DNA of 64,000 bases from Lingula anatina (Eukaryota; Animalia; Brachiopoda): positions 17,422,001-17,486,000 of the forward strand of contig CM120640.1 in NCBI GenBank assembly GCA_051362555.1, in the 5' to 3' direction. Both the position numbers and the translations under genes were made by a program. Below are positions 27,285 to 38,951 of the stretch, piece after piece. A model generated the notes under the pieces. That model ran no database searches, was not told the DNA's origin, and was given only the letters and a program-made list of their open reading frames with translations. Position 1 is the stretch's first letter. The number at the start of each line of letters is the position of its first letter.

Positions 27285-30200
27285 GTTAGCTTCCAGACAG
27301 AAGCAGTGTAAATTGATAGTCTGTCTTCTCTTTTGGATACTAATTAGTATATACGATAGGATTATTTTTCAAATTTCCAGTCTCTCTCCTGCTTGCAATA
27401 AAAAATCCCCCTTTTCCTGTCTGCCTGACTCAGTGCACAGCAGCAGAGAGCCACTGTACCATATTATGACTGCAGTTCACGTCAAGACCCAGTTCAATAT
27501 TAACTAAGGTTCCCATCAATATCCAAGACCAATTTGTGGCTTGTGATTCACTTCCGAGACTCAACTCCTTTTTTGATGACCGACAGCTCTTTGGTTACTA
27601 CAATGCATTGCTGCTGAATATTCTCAGTGTGTTTCCAAGACATGCTGAATTTCAAAACAGATGCCAGTGGAGTGTATCCCCATTTCCATCAGTGAATCAG
27701 CTATAGAATGCAATGCCCCTGGGACTTCCCACAATATCAGTTCCCCCCGGCAAGACAATCTGAAATTAACAAAGGTTTGGAAACTTTTAAATGTCAAAAG
27801 AATCATTTTTCATGTCTGTCACATTTCCAATGAAAATGTATCTCTCTCTGTTCTTTGGGTAAGTGGGAGTTGGTATACATATTTGATGTTTGCTCTGAAA
27901 ATAACCTCTTCAGTCACATGTGAGAATGCTGCTGAAAGGAGAGCTGAAAAAAATCATACATTAACCTTGCTGGTCAAGTGATGGGTGATGCACAGCCTAT
28001 TACCTTATATATCATGTCGGATATCATTATAATGAATTGATGAAAAAACTGCATGCAATAAAAATAGAACACCACTGCAGTTTACACTTATGTACGTCCA
28101 CCTTATAAATAGGCCAAAATTATCACAATTATAACTCATAAACCTCATTCCCAGCATCAGATCAATAGGTTGAAGACAGCCTCCTGCACTTAGGTGCTAT
28201 TCATAACTGTGAATTGCACATAATAAATCAGCCCGAGTCAATCAAACTGTTAAGTACATACACAGAGAGATGTTACCAAGCCTCTGCAGCAGCATCAGGG
28301 GCTACAGGTTTGAAACCACGCTGCATGCTTACCTGGGGCTAGTGCTAGTGCATTTCCAGTGCACAAGGCTTTTTCTTTTTCTTTTATTTTTTTTAATGAG
28401 ACAAGTGCCTCAAAAGGCACAATGCAGATTTGTCATTATACTAGCAGTTTGGTGGTCACTTCAGGTCAGTAGAGTCTAGACAGTATAAGAACAAGAATGA
28501 TACTTATTTACCGTTTTTGGCACACCTTCAATGTACAGTATGGGTTATTGCAGGGCAAACAACTTTTTTCACTATCTCATCCATAGGCATAATTCCTATT
28601 GGTATATGATATACTCACCTCTTGATGGCATTTAAGTGACCCTCTAAATTATGTCTTCGGAAGCTGCATCTTGTATCTTACCATTTCCAAGGACACCATT
28701 TGTAATAGTTTTCAAAAGGCTAGTTACATTCATTTTCAGAAAATACCTGTTCCAAACAAAAAATATGCATTGCATGTAATGGTTGAACTGCCTTTAAGAA
28801 AAGATGGTCCTAAACCAATTTTGTCTCTTCATGCAAACTTTATGTAACAGGTCACACTAGCCTTTAGCCAGCAATATGAAAGGGGTGTCTTCTAGGCACT
28901 TGTAAACAAAGCTTAGAACCTAGGTCAAATTTTGATTCAGAGCAGACTTTTTCCCACCAAAAAGGATACTTTTCCTGCCCCCCCCCCCCCAAGAGCAGAC
29001 TTTGCCCCACCCCACCCCCACCCTGGCCCCCAGGGCCGGCACAGGACAAAAGTATTACAGGCTACCTCGCCAGAGGTCACCACCAGACGTCTGGGTCATT
29101 ATGTTTATTAAATATATTAAATATATTAAATATATCCATTTGTCTGGGTCTGAATATGAGTACTTACATGCACATGAGATTATTTGTTTTTATTTAAATT
29201 TTATTTACTAACTGAAGAGCTGTGTTCATTTTTAAACCTAACCTTTGAGTTCCTGCAACAGGTTGATAAATATATTATCAAACCAGATACTAACAAAAAA
29301 AATGGCACCAAGAAGATAAAAAAATGAAAACAAAGCTTTAAATCTTTTCAAATACATTCCCAATTTCTTGTGCTGAAATTATTTAACCAATAGACATATT
29401 TTCCATTATTAAAGGGAAGGAAGCACTGTGCAACATTTCATTTTTTAATAAAAAAAATGAATACCAGTAATGATCAGCATAAATAACATTCAATATCACA
29501 TATACAGAACATAAATATTTCAAATTTGTAATGAGCTAAAAGGAACCCTTCTTTAATCTTCTGCATTATAAAATGAAGGTACGGATTATCCAGTGACTCC
29601 AGTCAGTTATCTATGAAGCCCATCACAGTAAAATGTGACAGAAAAATGTGGCAGTGAAATTAGATAAGACCTATCCTTAACCACTATGCAAATATTCAAC
29701 ATAAAATATTTTGTTGTGCTAAGTTGGTCACTGTGTGAGGCAAAGGTTACATGAAGGGCACGGGCTGTTCTAATCTCATGATGGCTGAGTTAGCACTTCC
29801 TCATTATTAAGGATATGCGGCTTTCTCGTGGGATTTTTCACACAGTCAATGTAATGTAATTGGATAATTGCATTCATTCACCTTCACTCCAGCACAGAAA
29901 TTCATCAGTTTAGTTAAATGGAACAGGTGATTTTTTTTTTTCAATAAAATTTGATTAAGTCTTTAATTCATGTGAAGTCTATATACAAATATTTTTAGCA
30001 TTTGCTTACATTTTGAATGCACTTCTGACACTTTGCCAGACAAAGCTCCAGACCTAACGTTAGGAATTTAGAGTAAAATATGAACAGAAAATTGGGCACA
30101 GAGCCAATGCAGTTGTACAATTTAAGTGTAACACCAGCTCCATAATCAAAATGCTTTTACATAAAAAAAAGTGTACATACATGTACATACAGAGGCATTA

Positions 30201-30759
30201 TGGCTATGAGAGGAATTGGTAGAGCTTCCTTATCACTGCTGGAGACAAAATTACCAGGCTACGTTTGAAGTCAAGATGTAGGGAGGGATATGACATTTGT
30301 TTAGCTGTGTCTGTACAAGTTATGTTATCTGTACATAACTTGTTTTTTGTAAACTTTTAAGATAAAAACTTTTTAAGGGGCTGGAGTGTGATAACTAAGA
30401 TGTTTTAAAATATTCTATTGTTTCTATTTTCTGGTGCCATTTTCTACTGACCTTTGGTTCAAATAGGAGTTTCAACAGTTGAAACTCCTTGATGAAACTC
30501 AGATCAAACATGACTAAATTTTGAACCAAGGAACCTCCAATATTCAGGCCAAGAACATTAAAGAACAATAAACCATCCCACAAGGCAAGTTGTTTGCCAG
30601 CACACCAAATTCCAGCACTAACATGAGGTCAAAAATATTATTACACGAACATCCATCATCATTCTTTCCCTTTAGGCTCGCCTGTTTTGAGTATCCAGTC
30701 AGTGGAAATTCACTAAAAAGTTCAAGATGCAAAAGGTTTTAACTAGTAATTTTTTGCAC

Positions 30760-31600
30760 GCTGTTTTGAACTTGTGCAGCTAAAAGTGCAAATATATCCA
30801 TCACAAGATCCGGTTTTGAGGTTTATTCGATTTTTGGACAATAATCAAATGGGCGTATAAAAAAATCAGCGTGAAGCTAAACAGCTACATTGTACGACTT
30901 AGTGCAACCACTTTGAAAGTTCGAAACGCCAATGTTAAACAGATACAGTATTGAGTACATACAGTACGCCAATAAAACTAAGCCAAACCTGATAAATACG
31001 CTAAGAAAGTTATTAGCTTTAACTCCCAAGCGTGAGAAATAGCGCCATCTTACATATAAAAACAAAACGTGGTTTGTACATGCGTTAACCTCGGAATGAG
31101 TAACAAACAAACGATAAAACCTTTATTTACTGTACCCTATCACATAATCAAATTCAACAATTAGATCACACAAACAGCAAATTTAACATACCTGATTCGT
31201 TCAACAAAAGTACTGGTGTATCTTTTGATATAACGACAATAAATTTTGGAGATATAAAGTTAGCAAATCCTACATCGTGTCTCGCTTGTAAGGTGACGAT
31301 AGAGGGCGTTGGTTTGTTTACTTCCGGGTGAGTGCCGAATGCCATAAACAACGAAGTGCTGAATGTGCGAAATTGATCTGGAGGTATTGATGACTGGACT
31401 GCCTGTTAAAAATCTTATGTCATCCGTTTTCCATAATATAAGTTAGTGGGAATAAAACATGTAAGTTCAGTTGCATTGCATTCTGTTAGAAATGAATTGA
31501 AGTTAATTTGAAGTACATGTATAAGTGGATGAAAAATGTACATGTACTCGAGTTGAAACGCGGAAATAATCCAGATTATTATTATACCTAATATCAAATT
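30760..31600. promoter_or_regulatory. Bidirectional CpG-rich promoter region of the 7-TM gene (-) and the VWA gene (+)
   Basis: CpG-rich, with ETS site ACTTCCGG at about 31320 and YY1-like CGCCATCTT at about 31044. Minus-strand donor CAG|GTATGT at 31192/31191 and plus-strand donor candidates at about 31328, 31383 and 31461. Confidence 0.65.
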
Positions 31601-31774
31601 AATGACAAGCGTTTATCAGTAATTTCAGTTGTAATGTTTAATGTGACACTTGTTGGTGTTTTGTGCATTTTTATTACAACAATAAATTCAGTATACTAGA
31701 CAAGTCTTTATTTATGAATTTTATTTTATTTTATTTATTTTTTTTTTCAGATTTTACCTGGAGGGTGTGGCAAA

Positions 31775-32929
31775 ATGGAAACCGATGCTACAGCAGACAA
31801 CACCAAACAAACAAACCCCCCTGAACAAGCGAAACATGAGTCCAATATTTTGGACTTGGCCTTTGCCATGGACTGCACTGGAAGTATGGGCTCATACATA
31901 AAGCAAGCCCAACAGGTAAAACAGTGAAGGGGTGGGGTCTTACATTTAGGGATATAAGCATGAAATTTATGCATTAGCAGGCATGTTCAAACATATAGGC
32001 CTAAGTACATACAGTGCATAGCAGAGATCGGAATTTTCATGCTACATGTAGTAGTAAATTTTTGGAATTAAAACACAGGCCAAGTCTTGCAGGATGAAGG
32101 ACACTTGAGCAAAATGAGGGACTACCCTGAATAATCTGGGACATGGCAACTGTGATAATTGGGCCAAACAGTTTTACAAATAGCAATATTTCTACAAATA
32201 GAAACATAATAAATATCCCTTAAGACCTGCACAAAAGTCCTGTGTTAGCACTCCTATGGATGATTTCTGATATGTACACTGTTGTACATCTCAAATTTGT
32301 CAATAAGGAGTGCTAACGCATGAATTTTGTGCTACCCTTAAGACATGACACGAGTTGGGAATTCTGCTATATTTATGCATTTTTCCTACTTTTTCTATTT
32401 GTCAGTTTTTGCCTCTGTTATATTTTACATTAGAATATACGCAAGATAGTGGAAGACATCGTGGCAGCAGAAAAAGCTGATGTACATTTGGCACTGGTAG
32501 AGTATCGTGACCACCCACCTGAGGATACTTCTTTTGTCACCAAAGTTCAGGATTTTACACCCTCTGTCAGTGTCATGAAGAAATGTTTGGATGCTTGCAG
32601 TGCCCAAGGAGGTAAGAGGAAATTTATGATCAATAATTTCACATCAATTGCACAGGCATTTGACAGTGTTACCCCTAATACATTGCCTACCCTTTTGTTG
32701 TTGTCATGAATATACAGTTTGCCAGTATATTATCTCGTCAGATTGAAGGAAGGAATGTTGATAAATGTAGTGAGAATGGCAGGAAGAATGTTAATGATCA
32801 TTCTATAAATCATCCATGTCTCATAGAATTATACAAAGTTAAAAGGTGCATATTGATCTGAAATACTAACCCACAGGTCCAAACAATTTGTAAAAAAGTA
32901 TACTATAATTTCCTTTGGAAATGTCTCAG

Positions 32930-32964
<35 letters not shown>

Positions 32965-35900
32965 ACAGGTCAGGTACCAATCTAGTCCACTTCCTTTAAA
33001 TATTTATGCAATAATCTTTAAATTAGCCTCAGATGAATACAACTATATTTCATTTGACCCACCTGCAAGTATCACAATATATGGCTTGATCTATGACATA
33101 CCCTATTTAATTACACGTGTCATACAAACAAACTGGTAGCTCACCTGTAAATTACTTGGCCAATTAACATCCTCATTAACAATGGAAAGACCCAATTGGT
33201 CTGGGCCAGTTAGGAAGTGGACTAGATTTTGGATTTGGCCTGTGATATATTTTTTTCCTGCAAAGCCTGTGATCTGCCCCAATTTGTATTTTAAAAAAGA
33301 CAAAACCCCTCAATTAAGTGATGTCAATATTTTCTTGTGAAATGACAGGAAGACTATAATGATGAGTTATCATTTTTCATGATTCATTAAGCACTAAGTT
33401 ATTTAATTAGAAATGGACAAGCAATGGTTCCTGAGCAGGAGAAAATAGATTTCTCTCTCAGGGAAAATTATATGTGAGACAAATATCCCACATGGGTTAT
33501 TATAACCTTAATGTCAAAAACTTGTATAGTACTTACACTACAAAGGAACCCAGTGAACACTTAAAGCAAATGTCACACCTAACACAACTGGTATCACATC
33601 TAACGCATTTTCACTTGCTTCACCAGGTGGAGACACTCCTGAGGCAGTGGCTGATGCATTGCATCAAGTGTTAAAACTAAGTTGGCGTGAAGAGGCTACA
33701 AAAATCTGTGTCTTCATCGCTGATGCACCCCCACATGGTCTTTCTACATCCAAATTCAGTGATCATTTTCCAAAAGGTAAGACATTGCAGCAGCAGTGGA
33801 CCTGCTTTGAAAGAGATGAGTTTATTAATAAGTTAACATATAGTTTTGAACTGTGCTCATTTTTTTAATCAGCTATAGATTTAGTGTACACCTAAATCTC
33901 ATTTTGCTGACAGGTCTGTAATTTTTTATCTAAATCTATCTGTTATTTATTTTGTCTAATAATTAATAAAATCTCTCTTTCTCTCTCTCATTAATAAGAT
34001 GTTTTTGTTTTATGCTCATTCATGTGTATTGGTGGTTTGTATGGCAAAAAGTATATGTATATAATAACTACTACATCTTTCCTCTCTTTCAGGTTGCCCA
34101 GATGGTCTGGATCCAATGGAAATCACTCACCAGATTGCAGAAAAGGGAATCACAATATACACAGTAGGCTGTGAACCAGCAGTAAACCAGTGTAAAGATT
34201 TCTTCATGGCAGTTGCCCACACTACAGGTGGACAGTATGTACCACTGAGGAATGCTGCTTTGCTAGCTCAGGTAGGCCAGGATAACTTTTTTTTACACAG
34301 CCAACAAAAGATATATTTTCTTGATTCTGGTTGCATTATAAGGTATTGTAAAGAAATTGCTCAACAGAGACAAGATTTGGTATAGATCGTCTTTCCTTTG
34401 GAGATCATTGAAGAAGCACAGGAACAACAGTATTATCAGTTAATCCATTGAATTCAATAGAATGGACATTGCATTATTCTAGGTAATAATTGGTGGAGCC
34501 CAGGAAGAGGTGACACTGCAAAGACACCTGGCAGAGGTGAATGAAGAGGTCCTGCAGGAAGCACAAGGAATGGAGGAATTAGATGATGAAGAAGTAGCTA
34601 CTAAAGTACACCAGAAACTGCTAAGCAAAGGTAAGCACGCTACTTTTTTATGTACAGACACAGACGCAGGTCAAGTTCGAAAATTGGCTTGATTGGACTA
34701 TTTTTACAAAAGTTATGCTGTTTTTTTTCCTTTATTCAGCATACATGCAACACTGATAACGCATTTTAAGGAAAACCAATCAGCCTTTTGTCTTGCAACT
34801 CACAGGAGTGATCAATCTGACCAGTATACAGATCAAGTTTGAAAATAAGCTTGATCAGCTAAGTTTTGATGAAGTTATTAGCCTTTTTGTATATAAGTGG
34901 TTTTGCTTCAGATTTAATTCTTATGCATGTTAACAGTCTCATTATGGAACTAATTAGATATGTAAAAGTGTTGTTTTGACATTTTCTGCTTCTTAACAAT
35001 ATTGTTAATTGATTATATAAAAATGATGGTAAACCGATTATCGTGCATTGTGTAATAAAGTATCAAAAATGGAAAGGAACTCATCATTGCAGTTCGTCAG
35101 ATTCAATCATTCACTATGTTCAGAATCTCCGAATGGAGCAAATTGGACATTTAAAATTGTTCTACTGATATTTTTCCTATGTCAACAATTTTCCTAGTTG
35201 ATCATTTAAAAGTGACAGTAAATTGATAATTTTGTTTTAGTAAAAAAGGTGTTGAAAATGGAAAGAAAATCATTTCAGTACAGTAATCTCTTGTGTACAT
35301 TTTTGCATTTTGAAAGTGTGACTCTGAACTTCCATGGCCTTGGAGACCTTTCCATATCACATTTTCTGAATATCCATGATACTTTTTTTTTTATAAAAAA
35401 CTTGATGGTCATTATGCTGTTTAGTTTTATGTTATATTGCATGAAAGTTGAAGAAAACCCTATTTTGGACACTGCTGCCAGGATAGCGATTAAGGGAAAA
35501 CCATGTTACTTATGATACTCAAACTTACTGAAAAGTTTCATAAGACTGAAGTGCAGCTTGTGTTGGAAAACCAGTGTGATTGTTTTCTGTTTTGGAAGCA
35601 ATGCAGTTCTGTAGAGTGCTATATGGTGCAATAAATGTCTATGGATAGCAGGCAGTATGTTAATTCAGGGTTATAAAGTAATTTGCTTAATTGATTTTCA
35701 AGTTATTTCAGGGTTATAAAGTAATTTGCTTAATTAATTTTCAAGTGGCCATTAAATGAGATTACATAAAACACACGTTGAGATTTCATTGTAAAGTCCC
35801 ATGTAAAAGTTCACTTTTAATGATACTTCCTGTTGTGCAATATTTGCAACTTGACTTTGCAGTTAAAGGGATAATAAGTGTTCTTTTTGGCAAATAATTA

Positions 35901-36427
35901 ATTTTTTTCCAAAAAGTTTTTTTTTTGTTATAATCTCTTAAGAAATTATTACAAAGCGCCGCGCCATTTTCTCATCATGTGCGGGGGTATTTTGGTGAGA
36001 TTTTTGCCTCGTGCGGCTGAGCAAAATTTCTCACATGTTTGATTTTTTTGGTCTCTTGAGGCAAATGTCTCAGTGTGTGCGGGGTGCAAGCGCCAATTGC
36101 TCACGCCATGCTAACAATGCGCATGTGCCAGTAGCCGGAAACAAACAAAAATGGCAGCCCCCAGCGAAGTAAACAAAAATGTACACAGTTATAGTTAGTC
36201 TGATTGATTAACGTGGTCACCATTTGCCATTACTTTCAGAAAAAAAATAAATATGTAATGTTTCCTTAATCACATAATCCCACAGTTCACGGTGCGTCCG
36301 ATAGGGGCAGGCCGGGAGGCATCTCTGCTGAGCAAAGAGCGCATCGTTTGCGGGGAGCTGAGGAGCGCGAGCATCTTGCGCAGCGCAAGTGGCGCGCGCG
36401 GTATGCTCACCGTGTGCGGGCCCCTTT

Positions 36428-36500
<73 letters not shown>

Positions 36501-37914
36501 TTAGTTTAAGCAATTTTTTTTGGTGAAATTTTCACTTTATCTCATTCTGGCATTTCCAAAGTATGAACTTAAACTCTTATCAGCCTGAAGCCTTAGGGAC
36601 CATTTCCAGACCCTATCACGCTAACTGTGGATCGTTCTATCTCCAAGTGAATTCTCGCTAAACTGCAATCAATGTAAGTGGCTTAGCTGTCTGTCACGCC
36701 TACTGAAACTGGCATGCCAGAATCTTAAGCTGCTTAAGCTGAAAGCAATTTAGTGAGAAACCCCTTGGAATTGGATTGATCCTGTTAGATTGATCTAGGT
36801 ATGGGAACTAAGTCTAATGCTTGTTACACATTTTACTTTCATCCTAATCCACTGTTATGCAGAATTAGAATTTGATGTTGGCTATGCAGTTACAGTAAGC
36901 ATAATACATCAGTGCATCAGAATTGACAGTGTCCTATTTTCAACATTTTTATTTTCTGGTTTTTGTCTGTACATTTGACAGCTTTGCTGCCTTGTTAATT
37001 AATACATTTCAGAATTCCAAATAAAAGTTAGTGTGAAGTAAAGAGTATTTGCGTTATTGTTTTAGATTCAAGTTATTTTTTTTAGTATTCCCGTGATAAA
37101 AATGTCCTTGTTAAAATACTTAATTAAAAATTGACAGACTTGATTCAGATAATATTAATCAAAACTAAAGATCTAATGTTTTGTAAAATATTTGATGGTA
37201 TATTTTCTTTACTACATGGCTAAAATAATAATTTTTAGGAGCTAAGACCAAAAAACTGATGCGGAATCAAGCTGCCTTACCTGAAGCTTCTGGTGTGGCT
37301 AAGAAAATGTCAGCATTCAAGAACATGGCAGAAGTACAGGCTATGTATGATTCAGAGGTAGCGGTAACTGCTGCACCTGAATTTGAGGTGAAAAGGTCTG
37401 TATTTGGTGGCAAAATGAAAAAGAAGTCAAAGAAACCCATGCCCATGTCAGTGGATAGTCCTCCTCCACCTATGGCTATGGCAATGGTGAGTTTGATATT
37501 AACCAGGTGGTTCATCTTATGTGCTAAGTAATCTTTTAGGAAATTTTTTTCTTATTGTCACCTTAATTTGCAACCATCAAGTTATTTCAAAAATGCATTG
37601 TAAATGTGTAAATGTGCTAAATGAGGCCAGTATTAAACTAGTCCAAAAAGGCCTCAATAGCTCAAACTTTGGAAAGATTTGCCAAAGATTTGCCAAGTAG
37701 AAGGCCCCCCTGTAAGTTATCTGTCAGTTGTGTTGATGTATATGAATATGACCTATGTATATGATATGCTAATGTTATTGAATGGTTGATATTTCAGAGC
37801 AGTGCCCTAGATCATTACGAAGTTTCAGAAGGCAACATAGACTATGCACAGACAAAGCGTTTGGTCAGTAAATCCATGGCACAGAACAAAATAAAGCAAG
37901 CTAGTAAATTTTAG
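31775..37914 (+). CDS. Stand-alone von Willebrand factor A (VWA/MIDAS) domain protein, 386 aa, vwkA-type VWA
   Basis: Exons 31775-31915, 32434-32611, 33627-33776, 34093-34271, 34483-34630, 37239-37486, 37798-37914 (1161 nt, phases consistent). Motifs LDLAFAMDCTGSMGSYI, VEYRDHPP, AQGGGDTPEAV, IADAPPHG, TIYTVGC, TGGQYVPL. Confidence 0.92.
32224..32337. mobile_element. Short TTAA-flanked MITE (family B)
   Basis: Imperfect TIRs GCACAAAAGTCCTGTGTTAGCACTCCT / AGGAGTGCTAACGCATGAATTTTGTGC, with TTAA at 32220-32223 and 32338-32341. Related fragments at about 41960-42025 and 43920-43978. Confidence 0.75.
32931..32962. repeat. (TG)n microsatellite
   Basis: Perfect TG run. Confidence 0.95.
35664..35746. 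repeat. 43-bp tandem duplication
   Basis: TTCAGGGTTATAAAGTAATTTGCTTAATT(G/A)ATTTTCAAGT occurs twice. Confidence 0.93.
35955..36425. mobile_element. GC/CpG-rich truncated DNA-transposon end (Harbinger-like)
   Basis: Ends CCGTGTGCGGGCCCCTTTAA, with the sub-terminal motif TGTGCGGG recurring at about 35978, 36075, 36348 (variant) and 36413. Abrupt composition change; the opposite TIR is not found. Confidence 0.6.
36432..36492. repeat. (TA)n microsatellite
   Basis: TA run with one interruption. Confidence 0.95.
36596..36814. mobile_element. MITE family A, copy 2
   Basis: The right end (AAGCTGAAAGCAATTTAGTGAGAAACCCCTTGGA...GATCTAGGTATGGGAA) is homologous to 23580-23652. Flanks TTA/TAA. Confidence 0.75.
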
Positions 37915-38951
37915 ACAGATAACCAATAACATTTGTTAAAAATGTGCAGAAAATATGGTATTTGTTGCAACAGGCTAATGATAGGATACTGTTAAATGTT
38001 ATTAGGTTATGTTGCATATTTTACATCTTAAATATGCACTGAATGTTAAGATTTAAAATTTCCTTCATTTTTTCAAATATTGATCACTTCTATATTTTTT
38101 AATTTAGAATTTACCAAACGTGGTACCGTTCTTTTATGTATTATAATAATTTGTTTACACGACAGTTTGTGATAGTTTTGTTGTGATACATAATTTTTTT
38201 TGTTTTAAATATGGTTAAACTGCAATCTTTTAATACTCTGTGGGTGCAATTTTTATTTATGGAGATGCACTTTTAAAAAACATTCCAATTTTGTGAGTTA
38301 ACAGTTTTAGAAAAACTATCTAACTTGTTGTCAGTCCAATTATACTATGCAAGGTGTTTAATTTCAGTTCAGTGTCAAGGACTAGTTGTGCCTTTAACAT
38401 TTACAATTAAAAATGATTGCCAGTGTTCTAAATGGTTAGTAAAACAGGGTATATCAGATGATACTATGTGTGGATTTTTTTTCTATGGACAGAAAACAAG
38501 CAGTTGCTCTAAACACTTTTTACCACTGATAACCTGGAATCAGTGGCACAATCTCTTTTTCAAGCAGCAAAGAAACAACGTATTACTCCATATAATCATT
38601 TTATATGTCACAAGGAATAAAAAAGCTGGAATTTATGGAAACTGTATTTTTGTCAATAAATCCATATGTATAATCTTCAGGATGCTTTCTATGAACATTG
38701 TTTAATCTTTTTTCAGCAGGTCAGGTAATATTCCTAATCTTATAAATTAATAAAAAAACTCAATGACAACAAAGCTCGTCTTTGTTTCTCTATATAAAAG
38801 AGAACTGCCCACAAACATGGCATGACATATTTTTTCAATCATTTCACTGGTTGTTCAGTGTCAAGGACATTATGTCACTGATGGTGTCACATTCACATCA
38901 GTCTTTTGTTACAGTGACATTGTTTATGTCTGCCATGCTGAAATGATGACA

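Noticed and set aside
37650-37705. tRNA-like start GGCCTCAATAGCTCA
   Set aside because: No cloverleaf or B box; at most a decayed SINE head.
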